Positions 17,949-25,244 of a stretch of DNA of 26,134 bases are shown one piece after another. Source of the DNA: a virus (Duplodnaviria > Heunggongvirae > Uroviricota > Caudoviricetes). The number at the start of each line of letters is the position of its first letter. Position 1 is the stretch's first letter. The stretch lies in IMG/VR virus record IMGVR_UViG_3300027792_000307, positions 128,866 to 154,999 of that record. One strand, given 5' to 3'. The notes beneath the pieces were generated by a model that was given only the letters and a program-made list of their open reading frames with translations, searched no databases and had not been told where the DNA came from. The translations under genes and the position numbers were made by a program.

Positions 17949-19302
17949 TTATTTCCTCCCTTAATTCCTCTAATTCATATTCCAAATCTTTTATAGAACT
18001 TTTAAGTCCTTTAATAACTTTAGATTCTAATTTAGGTTCTGGCTTTTTAGGTTCCTCTGGTTCCTCTTTTGGCTCTCCAGGTTCTTTTGTAGGTTTCTTC
18101 GGTTCCTTTACAGGTTGTTCACCAGGAGCCATAGATTTATCTAAAGGAGGATAATCAAATATAGCTCTTATTTCATCAATTGAGAATGGTTGTGGTCCTT
18201 CTGGGAATCCTCTTAATAGATTACCGAGCCATTTAGCTTTAACAGCCTCATCAGCGTCTGTAACACTATGGAATCTCATATGCACCGTGTTCTCTTCTTT
18301 GCCATTCGCCAATAAAATCGGATTTATAATTTCTAATCTTACGATTGTTGACATTTTATGTTGAATAGCCTTAATGAATCTCTCATACATAATTTCTTTA
18401 ACTTTACTTGTGGCTTCCGTGCTTCCTTTTCCTTGACCAAGAGCTTCTTCTGGACAAAGTAGACCAACAATTAGTTGCGTCTGAAAATAATCATAATATT
18501 CTTTTACATTTTGTACTCCAGATTCATCCAGAGTAGAAATATCTATCGTTCCAGGAACTATAAACTCATTTATCGCCTCTATATCTTCCAGCGTGCTTTT
18601 TATTTTTTCGAATACAGAATTATCCGGAATATTTTCCTCGTTTCCAATCTTTACTATGTATTTTGGAGTTCCATGCCTGCCTATAGCTTTTGCTATAGAT
18701 TCATCGGTAGTTAATTTCCTATCTATAGTATCCTTGGAAGGAGAAATTAATGAAATTCCATAAGGACTATCTGGTTTTGGGAAGAATCTAAAGTGGATAA
18801 TATCTTCCTTGTTTAATTTAGGAAGTAATTGCCCCTTTATTTTCTGTTGGTAATCAGTAATTTCACCGTGCTCATCTGTATTTATCTGCATAGTAATAGG
18901 ATCCACGGTTTTTAATCTTACCACATTTTTGCCAGATTTTACTTTCTCTATGAAAGAATCCCCAAAAACTAATGTATATATTACACTATCTAATAGAATG
19001 GCATCTATATCCATTATTTCTAATGCATTCTGAATTAGGAGTTTGGAATTTTCATCGTCGGATACTAAAAAATATCCTACCATAACAGAATTCCAAGCCG
19101 TAGTATTTATAGAAGCAAAGACTGTTCCTTCGCCTTCATAATAATTCCAGAATTGTTTAAGAAGAGAATCTGTACGTGTGGATCCACCCATGGATAATCC
19201 ACCTTTAGATTTACCGGTTCCTACAATAGTTTTAGGATTCCCAGCTTCATCTAAATATATACTTCTTCTCTTCCCAAAAAATCTCTCTCTTAATGTCGGC
19301 AT
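17926..19302 (-). CDS. Portal protein
   Basis: LVFGDSFIE, DIIHFR, SPYGISLISP and SIDEIRAIFDYPPL portal motifs; 458 aa; downstream of TerL. Confidence 0.9.
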   Translation of the reverse strand: MPTLRERFFGKRRSIYLDEAGNPKTIVGTGKSKGGLSMGGSTRTDSLLKQFWNYYEGEGTVFASINTTAWNSVMVGYFLVSDDENSKLLIQNALEIMDIDAILLDSVIYTLVFGDSFIEKVKSGKNVVRLKTVDPITMQINTDEHGEITDYQQKIKGQLLPKLNKEDIIHFRFFPKPDSPYGISLISPSKDTIDRKLTTDESIAKAIGRHGTPKYIVKIGNEENIPDNSVFEKIKSTLEDIEAINEFIVPGTIDISTLDESGVQNVKEYYDYFQTQLIVGLLCPEEALGQGKGSTEATSKVKEIMYERFIKAIQHKMSTIVRLEIINPILLANGKEENTVHMRFHSVTDADEAVKAKWLGNLLRGFPEGPQPFSIDEIRAIFDYPPLDKSMAPGEQPVKEPKKPTKEPGEPKEEPEEPKKPEPKLESKVIKGLKSSIKDLEYELEELREEINGRKNNS

Positions 19303-19303
19303 A

Positions 19304-19567
19304 TTATTCTACTTTTTTCTTTTTATCCCCAGTTAAAATAATTTCAATCGCAGAAACATTCCTATTCTCGAATGGTTCGCTTTTTACAACAATACTATAT
19401 TCCGGGTCTTCTATATGGTCTCTAATCAATATCGCCAGAATATCGATTGCCTTTTTAACATACCCACCACGGGCTATAATCTTAATTTTCTTTTCTTTAT
19501 CAAAACCAAAAAAACATGCTGTTATATAACGCGATATGTCCTTACCGCCGATGTAGATCTCTTCCAA
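19304..19567 (-). CDS. albA: Alba-family DNA/RNA-binding protein
   Basis: IYIGGKDISRY, IIARGGYVKKAID and NVSAIEIIL match the Alba IGKKPxxNY / IKARGRAISxAVD / VSTIEI motifs. Start is TTG 19567 (AGGTGG SD) or GTG 19576. Confidence 0.85.
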   Translation of the reverse strand: MEEIYIGGKDISRYITACFFGFDKEKKIKIIARGGYVKKAIDILAILIRDHIEDPEYSIVVKSEPFENRNVSAIEIILTGDKKKKVE

Positions 19568-19576
19568 TTTTACCAC

Positions 19577-20995
19577 CTATATCTTTGTAATATTATACAT
19601 ATTTTGATAACTCCGCTGTCCTTCCCTTTTAACTGATATTAACGAAGGTATCAAAGACCAGTCAATATTTTTATCTGAAATTTCTTGAGAAGATTGAATT
19701 GCGAATGAGAGAGAATCCACGGTATCGTCGTGTGCTCCCCTTGGAAAGGAAGTCATTTCATCCACCCATTCTACTAATTTTGGATTTAAACAAATTCTAC
19801 CTGTTTCGAAAAACACTGAAAGTCTATGTGCCCTTGACATAGAATCATTCACTATAGATGGTTTAATTGGAACTACCGGAAGAGCCGGATATTTTTCTAT
19901 TAAATCTTCCACGACCATTTTTTGTTGAGCCGCTTGGTCAATTCCTATTTTTATTGGTTTCCATTTCTGGAAGTAATCACTAATATATTGTTGTTGTGTG
20001 CTCAAAGAGAAATGCCCACGAATTCCGTCCATCACGTATATGAATCCGTCTTTAATTCCTATAACTGTCATCGCAAAGAAATCCTGTCCTTCCTTCGAGG
20101 CTAAATCAACTCCGATATAAACCATATAAGGTGGTTTTGGCATATCATATTTATCTAAAGCGGCAACTATCCAGTCATATTTAATTGGTGCATCTTCATC
20201 AGAAATATATTCATTCTGATACTGCATCATAAATGTCACATTACCGTAGGTTTTTCTAATCTCGTTAAGTTTTTCATAAGACCATCTTTCAGGCCATAAT
20301 ACCTTTCCGAGGTTCTTGTTATCTTCTGTCGGATCTTCTAATATCGCTTTATACACCTTTGTTGTATAATTAGATAATCCAAGGAAATAAGAGTGTATAT
20401 CTGCTTGGTGCCAACGAGTCCCAATAGATATAATTGTTCCCTCTGGTTCCAACATTGGCATTAAAGTTTTATTGAACCAGTCTATTAACTCTCTACGGGT
20501 GTGTTCAGTCCTTGAGTTCTTTTGATCTGTAATATCATCCAATATAATTAAATCGTAATGGCCCCCAATCATAGAAGAAGTCACACCTAATACTTTTAAG
20601 GTTGGCTCTTTATGAGTTGGGCTAGCCTTATAAACTCGTAAAGTATCCTTCGACCATTCAGAATATCCTTTTTGCTGCCCGAACACCTCAATTAATTTAT
20701 TATTGGCAGCCAAATTAGATTGCATAAACGACATTATCTCATTTGCCTTGTCTTGGTTGATGGTTACTATAAGAATCCTAATATCTGGATTTGTTACTAT
20801 CTTCCAGATTATATAACTGCCTACTAAGACAGTTTTGCCGTGCCCTCTTGGGGCAAGCAACGATACATATCTATTGTCCTCAAATAGTCTTAACCATTCA
20901 CTATGGAATGGCTTACACTCCAAATTTAGAATATCTTTGATGAAAGCTTCTATATTAGTTGAATATTTGAGAAATCTCTTTATATCTGCGTCCAT
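19577..20995 (-). CDS. terL: Terminase large subunit
   Basis: Walker A APRGHGKT, Walker B LIILDD, IGTRW coupling motif, nuclease IGVDLA and HDDTVDS. Confidence 0.95.
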   Translation of the reverse strand: MDADIKRFLKYSTNIEAFIKDILNLECKPFHSEWLRLFEDNRYVSLLAPRGHGKTVLVGSYIIWKIVTNPDIRILIVTINQDKANEIMSFMQSNLAANNKLIEVFGQQKGYSEWSKDTLRVYKASPTHKEPTLKVLGVTSSMIGGHYDLIILDDITDQKNSRTEHTRRELIDWFNKTLMPMLEPEGTIISIGTRWHQADIHSYFLGLSNYTTKVYKAILEDPTEDNKNLGKVLWPERWSYEKLNEIRKTYGNVTFMMQYQNEYISDEDAPIKYDWIVAALDKYDMPKPPYMVYIGVDLASKEGQDFFAMTVIGIKDGFIYVMDGIRGHFSLSTQQQYISDYFQKWKPIKIGIDQAAQQKMVVEDLIEKYPALPVVPIKPSIVNDSMSRAHRLSVFFETGRICLNPKLVEWVDEMTSFPRGAHDDTVDSLSFAIQSSQEISDKNIDWSLIPSLISVKREGQRSYQNMYNITKI

Positions 20996-21062
20996 GAGTC
21001 CTTAAGTTAAAGAATAAAACATCAAAACATAGGTGGTACTCCCTAGATACCCCTTAGCGTTA

Positions 21063-21179
21063 TTAGAATCCGAGGCCAAAAGTCCAATTTAACCCAAAGA
21101 TCTCTTTCAAAATAAAGAGCAGTCCTAGGATTGGTAGTATTACTTCTCCAACTTTAGAGAAGAATTCTGAGAAAGTCAT
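21063..21179 (-). CDS. Small single-pass membrane peptide (38 aa)
   Basis: Not in the ORF track; AGGAGA SD; MTFSEFFSKVGEVILPILGLLFILKEIFGLNWTFGLGF. Confidence 0.65.
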   Translation of the reverse strand: MTFSEFFSKVGEVILPILGLLFILKEIFGLNWTFGLGF

Positions 21180-21274
21180 TTTGTCTCCTGCTTATTAAAA
21201 ACATATTTTATGCCTTTAAAAACATACCTAGGTTGTATCATCTATGTAAGATAGATGAAAGTGATATTTTTCAA

Positions 21275-21526
21275 TTAAGGACACGGAGGAGTTACTTCGA
21301 CAACTTGTTGTCGGTGTGCCCATGCATTCTGTGCAGCAATTAGAACAGCTGTTAAGAATGGAACCCATGCTATAAACCAAGTTGGTAAAGTTGAAAGATC
21401 TTCTGTCTGTAGAAATTGAATCCCATAAGTTAAAGCCAAACCAACGAAACCTGCGGCTAAACCAATGAAGAACTTTTCTACAACTTTTGACCAAACATTA
21501 CCACCAATTACTTTCGTTTCTGCCAT
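21275..21526 (-). CDS. Two-TM membrane protein, holin-like
   Basis: Two hydrophobic segments (FFIGLAAGFVGLALTYGI; WFIAWVPFLTAVLIAA); GAGGT SD. Confidence 0.6.
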   Translation of the reverse strand: MAETKVIGGNVWSKVVEKFFIGLAAGFVGLALTYGIQFLQTEDLSTLPTWFIAWVPFLTAVLIAAQNAWAHRQQVVEVTPPCP

Positions 21527-21527
21527 G

Positions 21528-22088
21528 CTAATCTACCTCTTGTTCTAACATCTCGGCTATTTTACGTTTGCAATTGCCACATAAACTCTTATTAAATTCC
21601 ATTAAAAGGTTCTTTACGTGTATTTCCTTCTTAAGATACACATTATTTATGGTGTTAACTTTCTTCTCACCATACTGAATTAGAGCAACCTGGTTATCCT
21701 TTAGTAAATGAAGTCCATCCCTGGCCTCCTTAATAGCCTTCAACTTCATAATATCGTCGTCAGATTGGTCTATACTATCTAATAACTTCACGGTTCTTTC
21801 ATATAGAGCATTAGATTTCATATCTATCTCCTTCATCTTCTCTCTATACTCTTCTACGAAGTCCCTTACAGGGTCCTTTCCTTCCCTAACGGCCTTTTCT
21901 ACTTCTTCTTCTTGCTCGTTTTTCAAGTATCTTTGGATGGCCATCGCCGAGAGATTGGATAAATCCGCTATCTCCGGATGGTTTCCCTTGATGGTACTAG
22001 CTATCTCATGATAGGCCATCCCTGCTGTATGAAGCTGTTCGACTTCGTCCTGCAAATTATACTTTATTATTTTATGTTCTTTTGTCAT
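21528..22088 (-). CDS. Putative terminase small subunit
   Basis: N-terminal HTH-like segment (GMAYHEIA...LSAMAIQRY), helical middle region, upstream of TerL. Confidence 0.6.
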   Translation of the reverse strand: MTKEHKIIKYNLQDEVEQLHTAGMAYHEIASTIKGNHPEIADLSNLSAMAIQRYLKNEQEEEVEKAVREGKDPVRDFVEEYREKMKEIDMKSNALYERTVKLLDSIDQSDDDIMKLKAIKEARDGLHLLKDNQVALIQYGEKKVNTINNVYLKKEIHVKNLLMEFNKSLCGNCKRKIAEMLEQEVD

Positions 22089-22582
22089 AATATTATCCCT
22101 TCTACAAATAATTCATTTAAAACTAATAACCTATGCATATCTCTACTATATCCACTATATTTTTTATGAATATCTTCTAATATGTAAATCACATACTTAT
22201 CATCTAAATGGTGTGCCACAGAACCCTCAAATTTTTCATTTATTGGAATAAAACCTAATTGACGTTCTCTTTTTAATTTTCTTCTTTTCCTTCTTAATCT
22301 ACCATTAGGAGTATTTTTTTCATACCAGCTTCTATAAGTATTACATTTCTTCTTATTATTCTTTCTATAATTTCTAGACCTTAATTTCGATTTTTCTCTA
22401 AGTTTATCTATATTGTTTGAATAATATCTGGATTCATTCTCTTTTCCAGCCGCAGTTTTTTTCCAAACAAGTTTTTCAATTAAAGAACAATCTTTACAAG
22501 TCTTTCTTCTACGTAACGAATTTTTTTTTATTTTATAAAAGTATTCTTCCGGTTTATCCAATCCGCATTTCTTACAAATCAT
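22085..22582 (-). CDS. HNH-like endonuclease with N-terminal CxxC...CxxC
   Basis: CKKC...CKDC, basic linker, C-terminal AHHL...IH...H; GAGGT SD; typical position upstream of terminase. Confidence 0.65.
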   Translation of the reverse strand: MICKKCGLDKPEEYFYKIKKNSLRRRKTCKDCSLIEKLVWKKTAAGKENESRYYSNNIDKLREKSKLRSRNYRKNNKKKCNTYRSWYEKNTPNGRLRRKRRKLKRERQLGFIPINEKFEGSVAHHLDDKYVIYILEDIHKKYSGYSRDMHRLLVLNELFVEGIIL

Positions 22583-23162
22583 AGTTACCTCTATTTAAAA
22601 TTAAGTGGCCCACCCGATCCCCGCTGGAACTCAGCACCCCATTTTTTTTCGTTCGGTTCATATTAAAATCCTATATTTTTCTATAGCATTCGCATTTCAT
22701 AATTTGAACTTCTCTCATAATATATATATCCCGGTAGTTTTTTTCCACCCCTTTTTCAATTTACTCCTGTTGGACCACCGATACCTTTATATACTAGTAA
22801 TTCATCGGTTTTTCGTTATAGCCCAAAAAAACTGGTTTTGCAGCTAAAAGAGCTTATAAGAAAAACTTTCCAGAAATCGCTTAATAAGGTGAATAAGTTT
22901 CCCGGTTTCCGTTATATCCTAGCAAAAATTAAACCACCTGATTGGCGAGAAGTTTAATTAAGGGGAGAATAGTTTTTTACTTTTCGTTATAACATTGGTA
23001 AACAACTAAGCTACGTGCTACGTGTTAGCACTGCACAAGGGTACCATTATGTTAAGGGGGGTACTTAACAGCGTAAACTGTACATAATTACAAAGTAATG
23101 CTTACACCACGCCCCTGTAGCGGTTCAGCCTTTATTAACGATCGTTAATCGAATCAACAGCC

Positions 23163-23360
23163 ATGATACCGTGTGCCATGGTACCACGCTACATGATAGC
23201 ATGCTACATGCTAACACGGATATTTGAGGCGAGCGTGCTAATCCTTGCCATGACACCGTGTAGCATACTAGCATGGTATCACGGTAGTACTTTATATACT
23301 TTGCGGTTTGTTCTGGTATATAAACCTTGCGTGACACCGTGTACCATGTTAACACTATAT
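23163..23360. repeat. Array 1 of degenerate 15-bp repeats (about 9 units, interrupted)
   Basis: atgataccgtgtgcc / atggtaccacgctac / atgatagcatgctac / atgctaacacggata ... gtgacaccgtgtacc / atgttaacactatat. Confidence 0.8.
23290..23330 (-). promoter_or_regulatory. Tandem archaeal BRE+TATA-like elements inside repeat array 1
   Basis: Minus strand GCAAGGTTTATATAC (23330-23316) and ACCGCAAAGTATATAAAG (23307-23290). Confidence 0.5.
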
Positions 23361-23415
23361 TTATTCATTATATATATATTTATATACATTTATATATATA
23401 TAAAAGATAAAAATA
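23356..23415. other. AT-rich / (AT)n tract
   Basis: 60 nt with only 3 G/C, abutting repeat array 1. Confidence 0.8.
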
Positions 23416-23540
23416 GCCCGTGCTAAACAATGTCTATCATACTAAACACATACGCGTACGCGGAAAAGAAAAGTTAAAACGAATTTCGAAAATTGAAATA
23501 ATAAATTTAAAAGTCGTACGGCCGACCGATATATTTTATT

Positions 23541-23569
23541 AAAGAAATAAAAGAGGGTATCAGCCCCTC
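23541..23569 (-). terminator. Hairpin + U-tract after the 76-aa gene
   Basis: Minus strand GAGGG-GCTGATA-CCCTC-TTTTATTTCTTT. Confidence 0.6.
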
Positions 23570-23595
23570 CTCTATCGCGTCTTTTATTTTTATTT

Positions 23596-23826
23596 CTATG
23601 CTATCACCACGTTTAATAAATCGCATTGGTACTGTTCGTATACTACTAGGTCATCGCGGTCGATTTTAACTAATATGTCCATAGAGACACGATCGTAAGG
23701 TTTTAACCTCTTACCCTCGGCCTTACGGGATTCCCTAGCCTCCTTTATAATCTTGTTTAGGTCGCTCATAGAGATACTGGCGTATCCCCTAACATTAGGG
23801 GTCTGGGTCTGGGTTTCTTCTGCCAT
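23596..23826 (-). CDS. Hypothetical 76-aa protein, probably leaderless
   Basis: ATG 23826 (MAEETQTQTPNVRGY...) lies 22 nt downstream of a TATA box and the gene is followed by a terminator; the track's TTG start at 23868 lies upstream of the TATA box. Confidence 0.75.
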   Translation of the reverse strand: MAEETQTQTPNVRGYASISMSDLNKIIKEARESRKAEGKRLKPYDRVSMDILVKIDRDDLVVYEQYQCDLLNVVIA

Positions 23827-23847
23827 AGTATATAGTATGCAGTATGT

Positions 23848-23864
23848 CTTTATATACTTTCCTG
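23848..23864 (-). promoter_or_regulatory. BRE+TATA promoter of the 76-aa gene
   Basis: CAGGAAAGTATATAAAG at leaderless spacing from the ATG. Confidence 0.65.
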
Positions 23865-24090
23865 ACAACGTGTATCATGCTAACGATCCACATTCTTATA
23901 CGCCAATTATAGCCCCGTAGCCCCATTATAGCCCCTATTGTTTATTGTTGTAAGGCTTATTTACTATCGTTCGTTGTACGCCTTCTTTATCGCCCCTATT
24001 ATCGTTTATGGGATTGTATATTAATCTGCCGATGCCACCTATCGACCCTTCAGCGATTTATATTCGGGATACGCATATTAATCCTATGAC

Positions 24091-24325
24091 GAGCCAACAT
24101 GGTTCATGATAGCATGTAGCATGGTAGCATGCTACGTGTTAGCACTCGAGGCGGCGAGGCGTGTTAACACGGAACATGGTAACGTGTAGCACGGTAGCAT
24201 GGCACATGTTATCATGCTACATGTTGACATAATCCCTGTTAGCATGGTACATACTAGCACGCCACATGTTAGCACGAGCCATGTTAACACGCTACATGGT
24301 AGCATGACACATGTTAACACTATAA
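24091..24325. repeat. Array 2 of degenerate 15-bp repeats (about 15 units)
   Basis: Exact 15-nt period from 24161 to 24325 (11 units, consensus ATGTTAGCAYGxxAC) plus 4 units before a 10-nt GCGGCGAGGC insert. Confidence 0.9.
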
Positions 24326-24370
24326 AAATGCCTTAAATTATATAAAATTGCTGAAATTTAAACAAAATTG

Positions 24371-24381
24371 AAAAAAAAAAA
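24371..24381 (-). terminator. Oligo-U archaeal-type terminator
   Basis: T11 on the minus strand right after the stop of the 28-aa ORF. Confidence 0.6.
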
Positions 24382-24384
24382 GAA

Positions 24385-24471
24385 TTAAAAGTTTAAGTTC
24401 TGTTCGACCTCATAAATGAAGTCGCCAGTATCTATGGTAGTTGTCCACCACCAGAATCTTTGAGTTGTCAT
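24385..24471 (-). CDS. Leaderless 28-aa micro-protein
   Basis: MTTQRFWWWTTTIDTGDFIYEVEQNLNF; canonical BRE+TATA 22 nt upstream and T11 downstream. Confidence 0.55.
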   Translation of the reverse strand: MTTQRFWWWTTTIDTGDFIYEVEQNLNF

Positions 24472-24492
24472 AATATACCATAACGCTTGAGA

Positions 24493-24510
24493 GTATATAA
24501 ACCTTTCGCC
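24493..24510 (-). promoter_or_regulatory. Canonical archaeal BRE+TATA promoter
   Basis: Minus strand GGCGAAAGGTTTATATAC. Confidence 0.7.
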
Positions 24511-25173
24511 GTGCGTGACACGATCTAGCACGGCTCGTGAGATGTGATATAGAATAAGCCTATATCCTATGAGCCGTTATTCAAGGAATTTTTTATTTTG
24601 AGCCTATGAGCCTCTATATAGCCTCTATTAGCGTATTTTGTTCGTATATATAAGCCTGTTTTTTGAGCATATGCCTATTCAGTTATTATTATTCTTATAT
24701 ACGAATATTATGTCGGAGGCGGGCGTGCTAGTCATTGTCATGCATACCGAAGGCTTTATATACCCTATGTGGATACGGGGCTGTTAAGGTCGGTACTTAA
24801 CTTGATCGAGGCGGGCCGTGCTACACAGTGTCACTCTCGCGTGGTGTCTATATGATATTTTATAACAATATGCCTTTAAAACGATTTTAAGCGATATAGA
24901 GCGATTTTAAGGTTTTTAGATATTGTTATATCCTTTTTTTATTATCGTTGTACCACGGGCTTTAAAATAGGCTTTATTCGTTTATACGGGAATAGATATA
25001 AACCTACCGGTACGACCAAACCATATGTCAGCGATTTATATTTTATTATCAAATATTAATCTATAGTTATTATCTTATGTTACATATACAAATAATATAT
25101 GATATACACAAAAATACACAACAATATACATAAACCGTGCTAATGATCCACACGGGGGGTGTATCTTCTATCC

Positions 25174-25216
25174 CTTTATATACTTTGCGGTGTTTTTTAT
25201 AGAAAGTAATATAAAG
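25174..25216. promoter_or_regulatory. Back-to-back (divergent) TATA-like elements
   Basis: Minus-strand ACCGCAAAGTATATAAAG (25191-25174) and plus-strand AGAAAGTAATATAAAG (25201-25216), about 30 nt before ATG 25245. Confidence 0.5.
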
Positions 25217-25244
25217 AAATACCGTATTCTTAATATTGATTATT

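Noticed and set aside
19577-20995. Intein or intron in terminase, portal or capsid genes
   Set aside because: Lengths are normal, motifs are contiguous, and no C...HN-(C/S/T) splice junctions were seen.
21228-21494. Alternative-frame minus ORFs 21228..21494, 12315..12542 and 25070..25318
   Set aside because: They overlap better-supported genes in another frame or strand and have no SD or motifs.
3320-22169. Many short plus-strand ORFs (e.g. 4733..4960, 8074..8262, 10024..10296, 11779..12126, 19293..19529, 21978..22169)
   Set aside because: Antisense shadows of well-supported minus-strand genes.
22605-22847. 80-aa plus-strand ORF
   Set aside because: Low-complexity F/I-rich translation of T-rich intergenic DNA, with no SD or promoter support.
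23125-23426. Overlapping ORFs 23125..23355 (-) and 23163..23426 (+)
   Set aside because: Translations of repeat array 1 and the (AT)n tract; no protein-like features.
24132-24320. 62-aa ORF with MLTCx pentapeptide repeats
   Set aside because: By-product of the 15-bp palindromic DNA repeat; no SD, and the repeats read similarly on both strands.
24091-24325. CRISPR mini-array or guide-RNA array
   Set aside because: The period is only 15 nt with degenerate repeats and 5-nt linkers; there are no spacer-length unique segments and no recognisable Cas or Nop-domain gene in the window.
22600-25240. tRNA or other known structured RNA
   Set aside because: No cloverleaf or T-loop GTTCRA in a proper stem context found by eye; a tRNAscan/Infernal search would be needed to exclude it fully.
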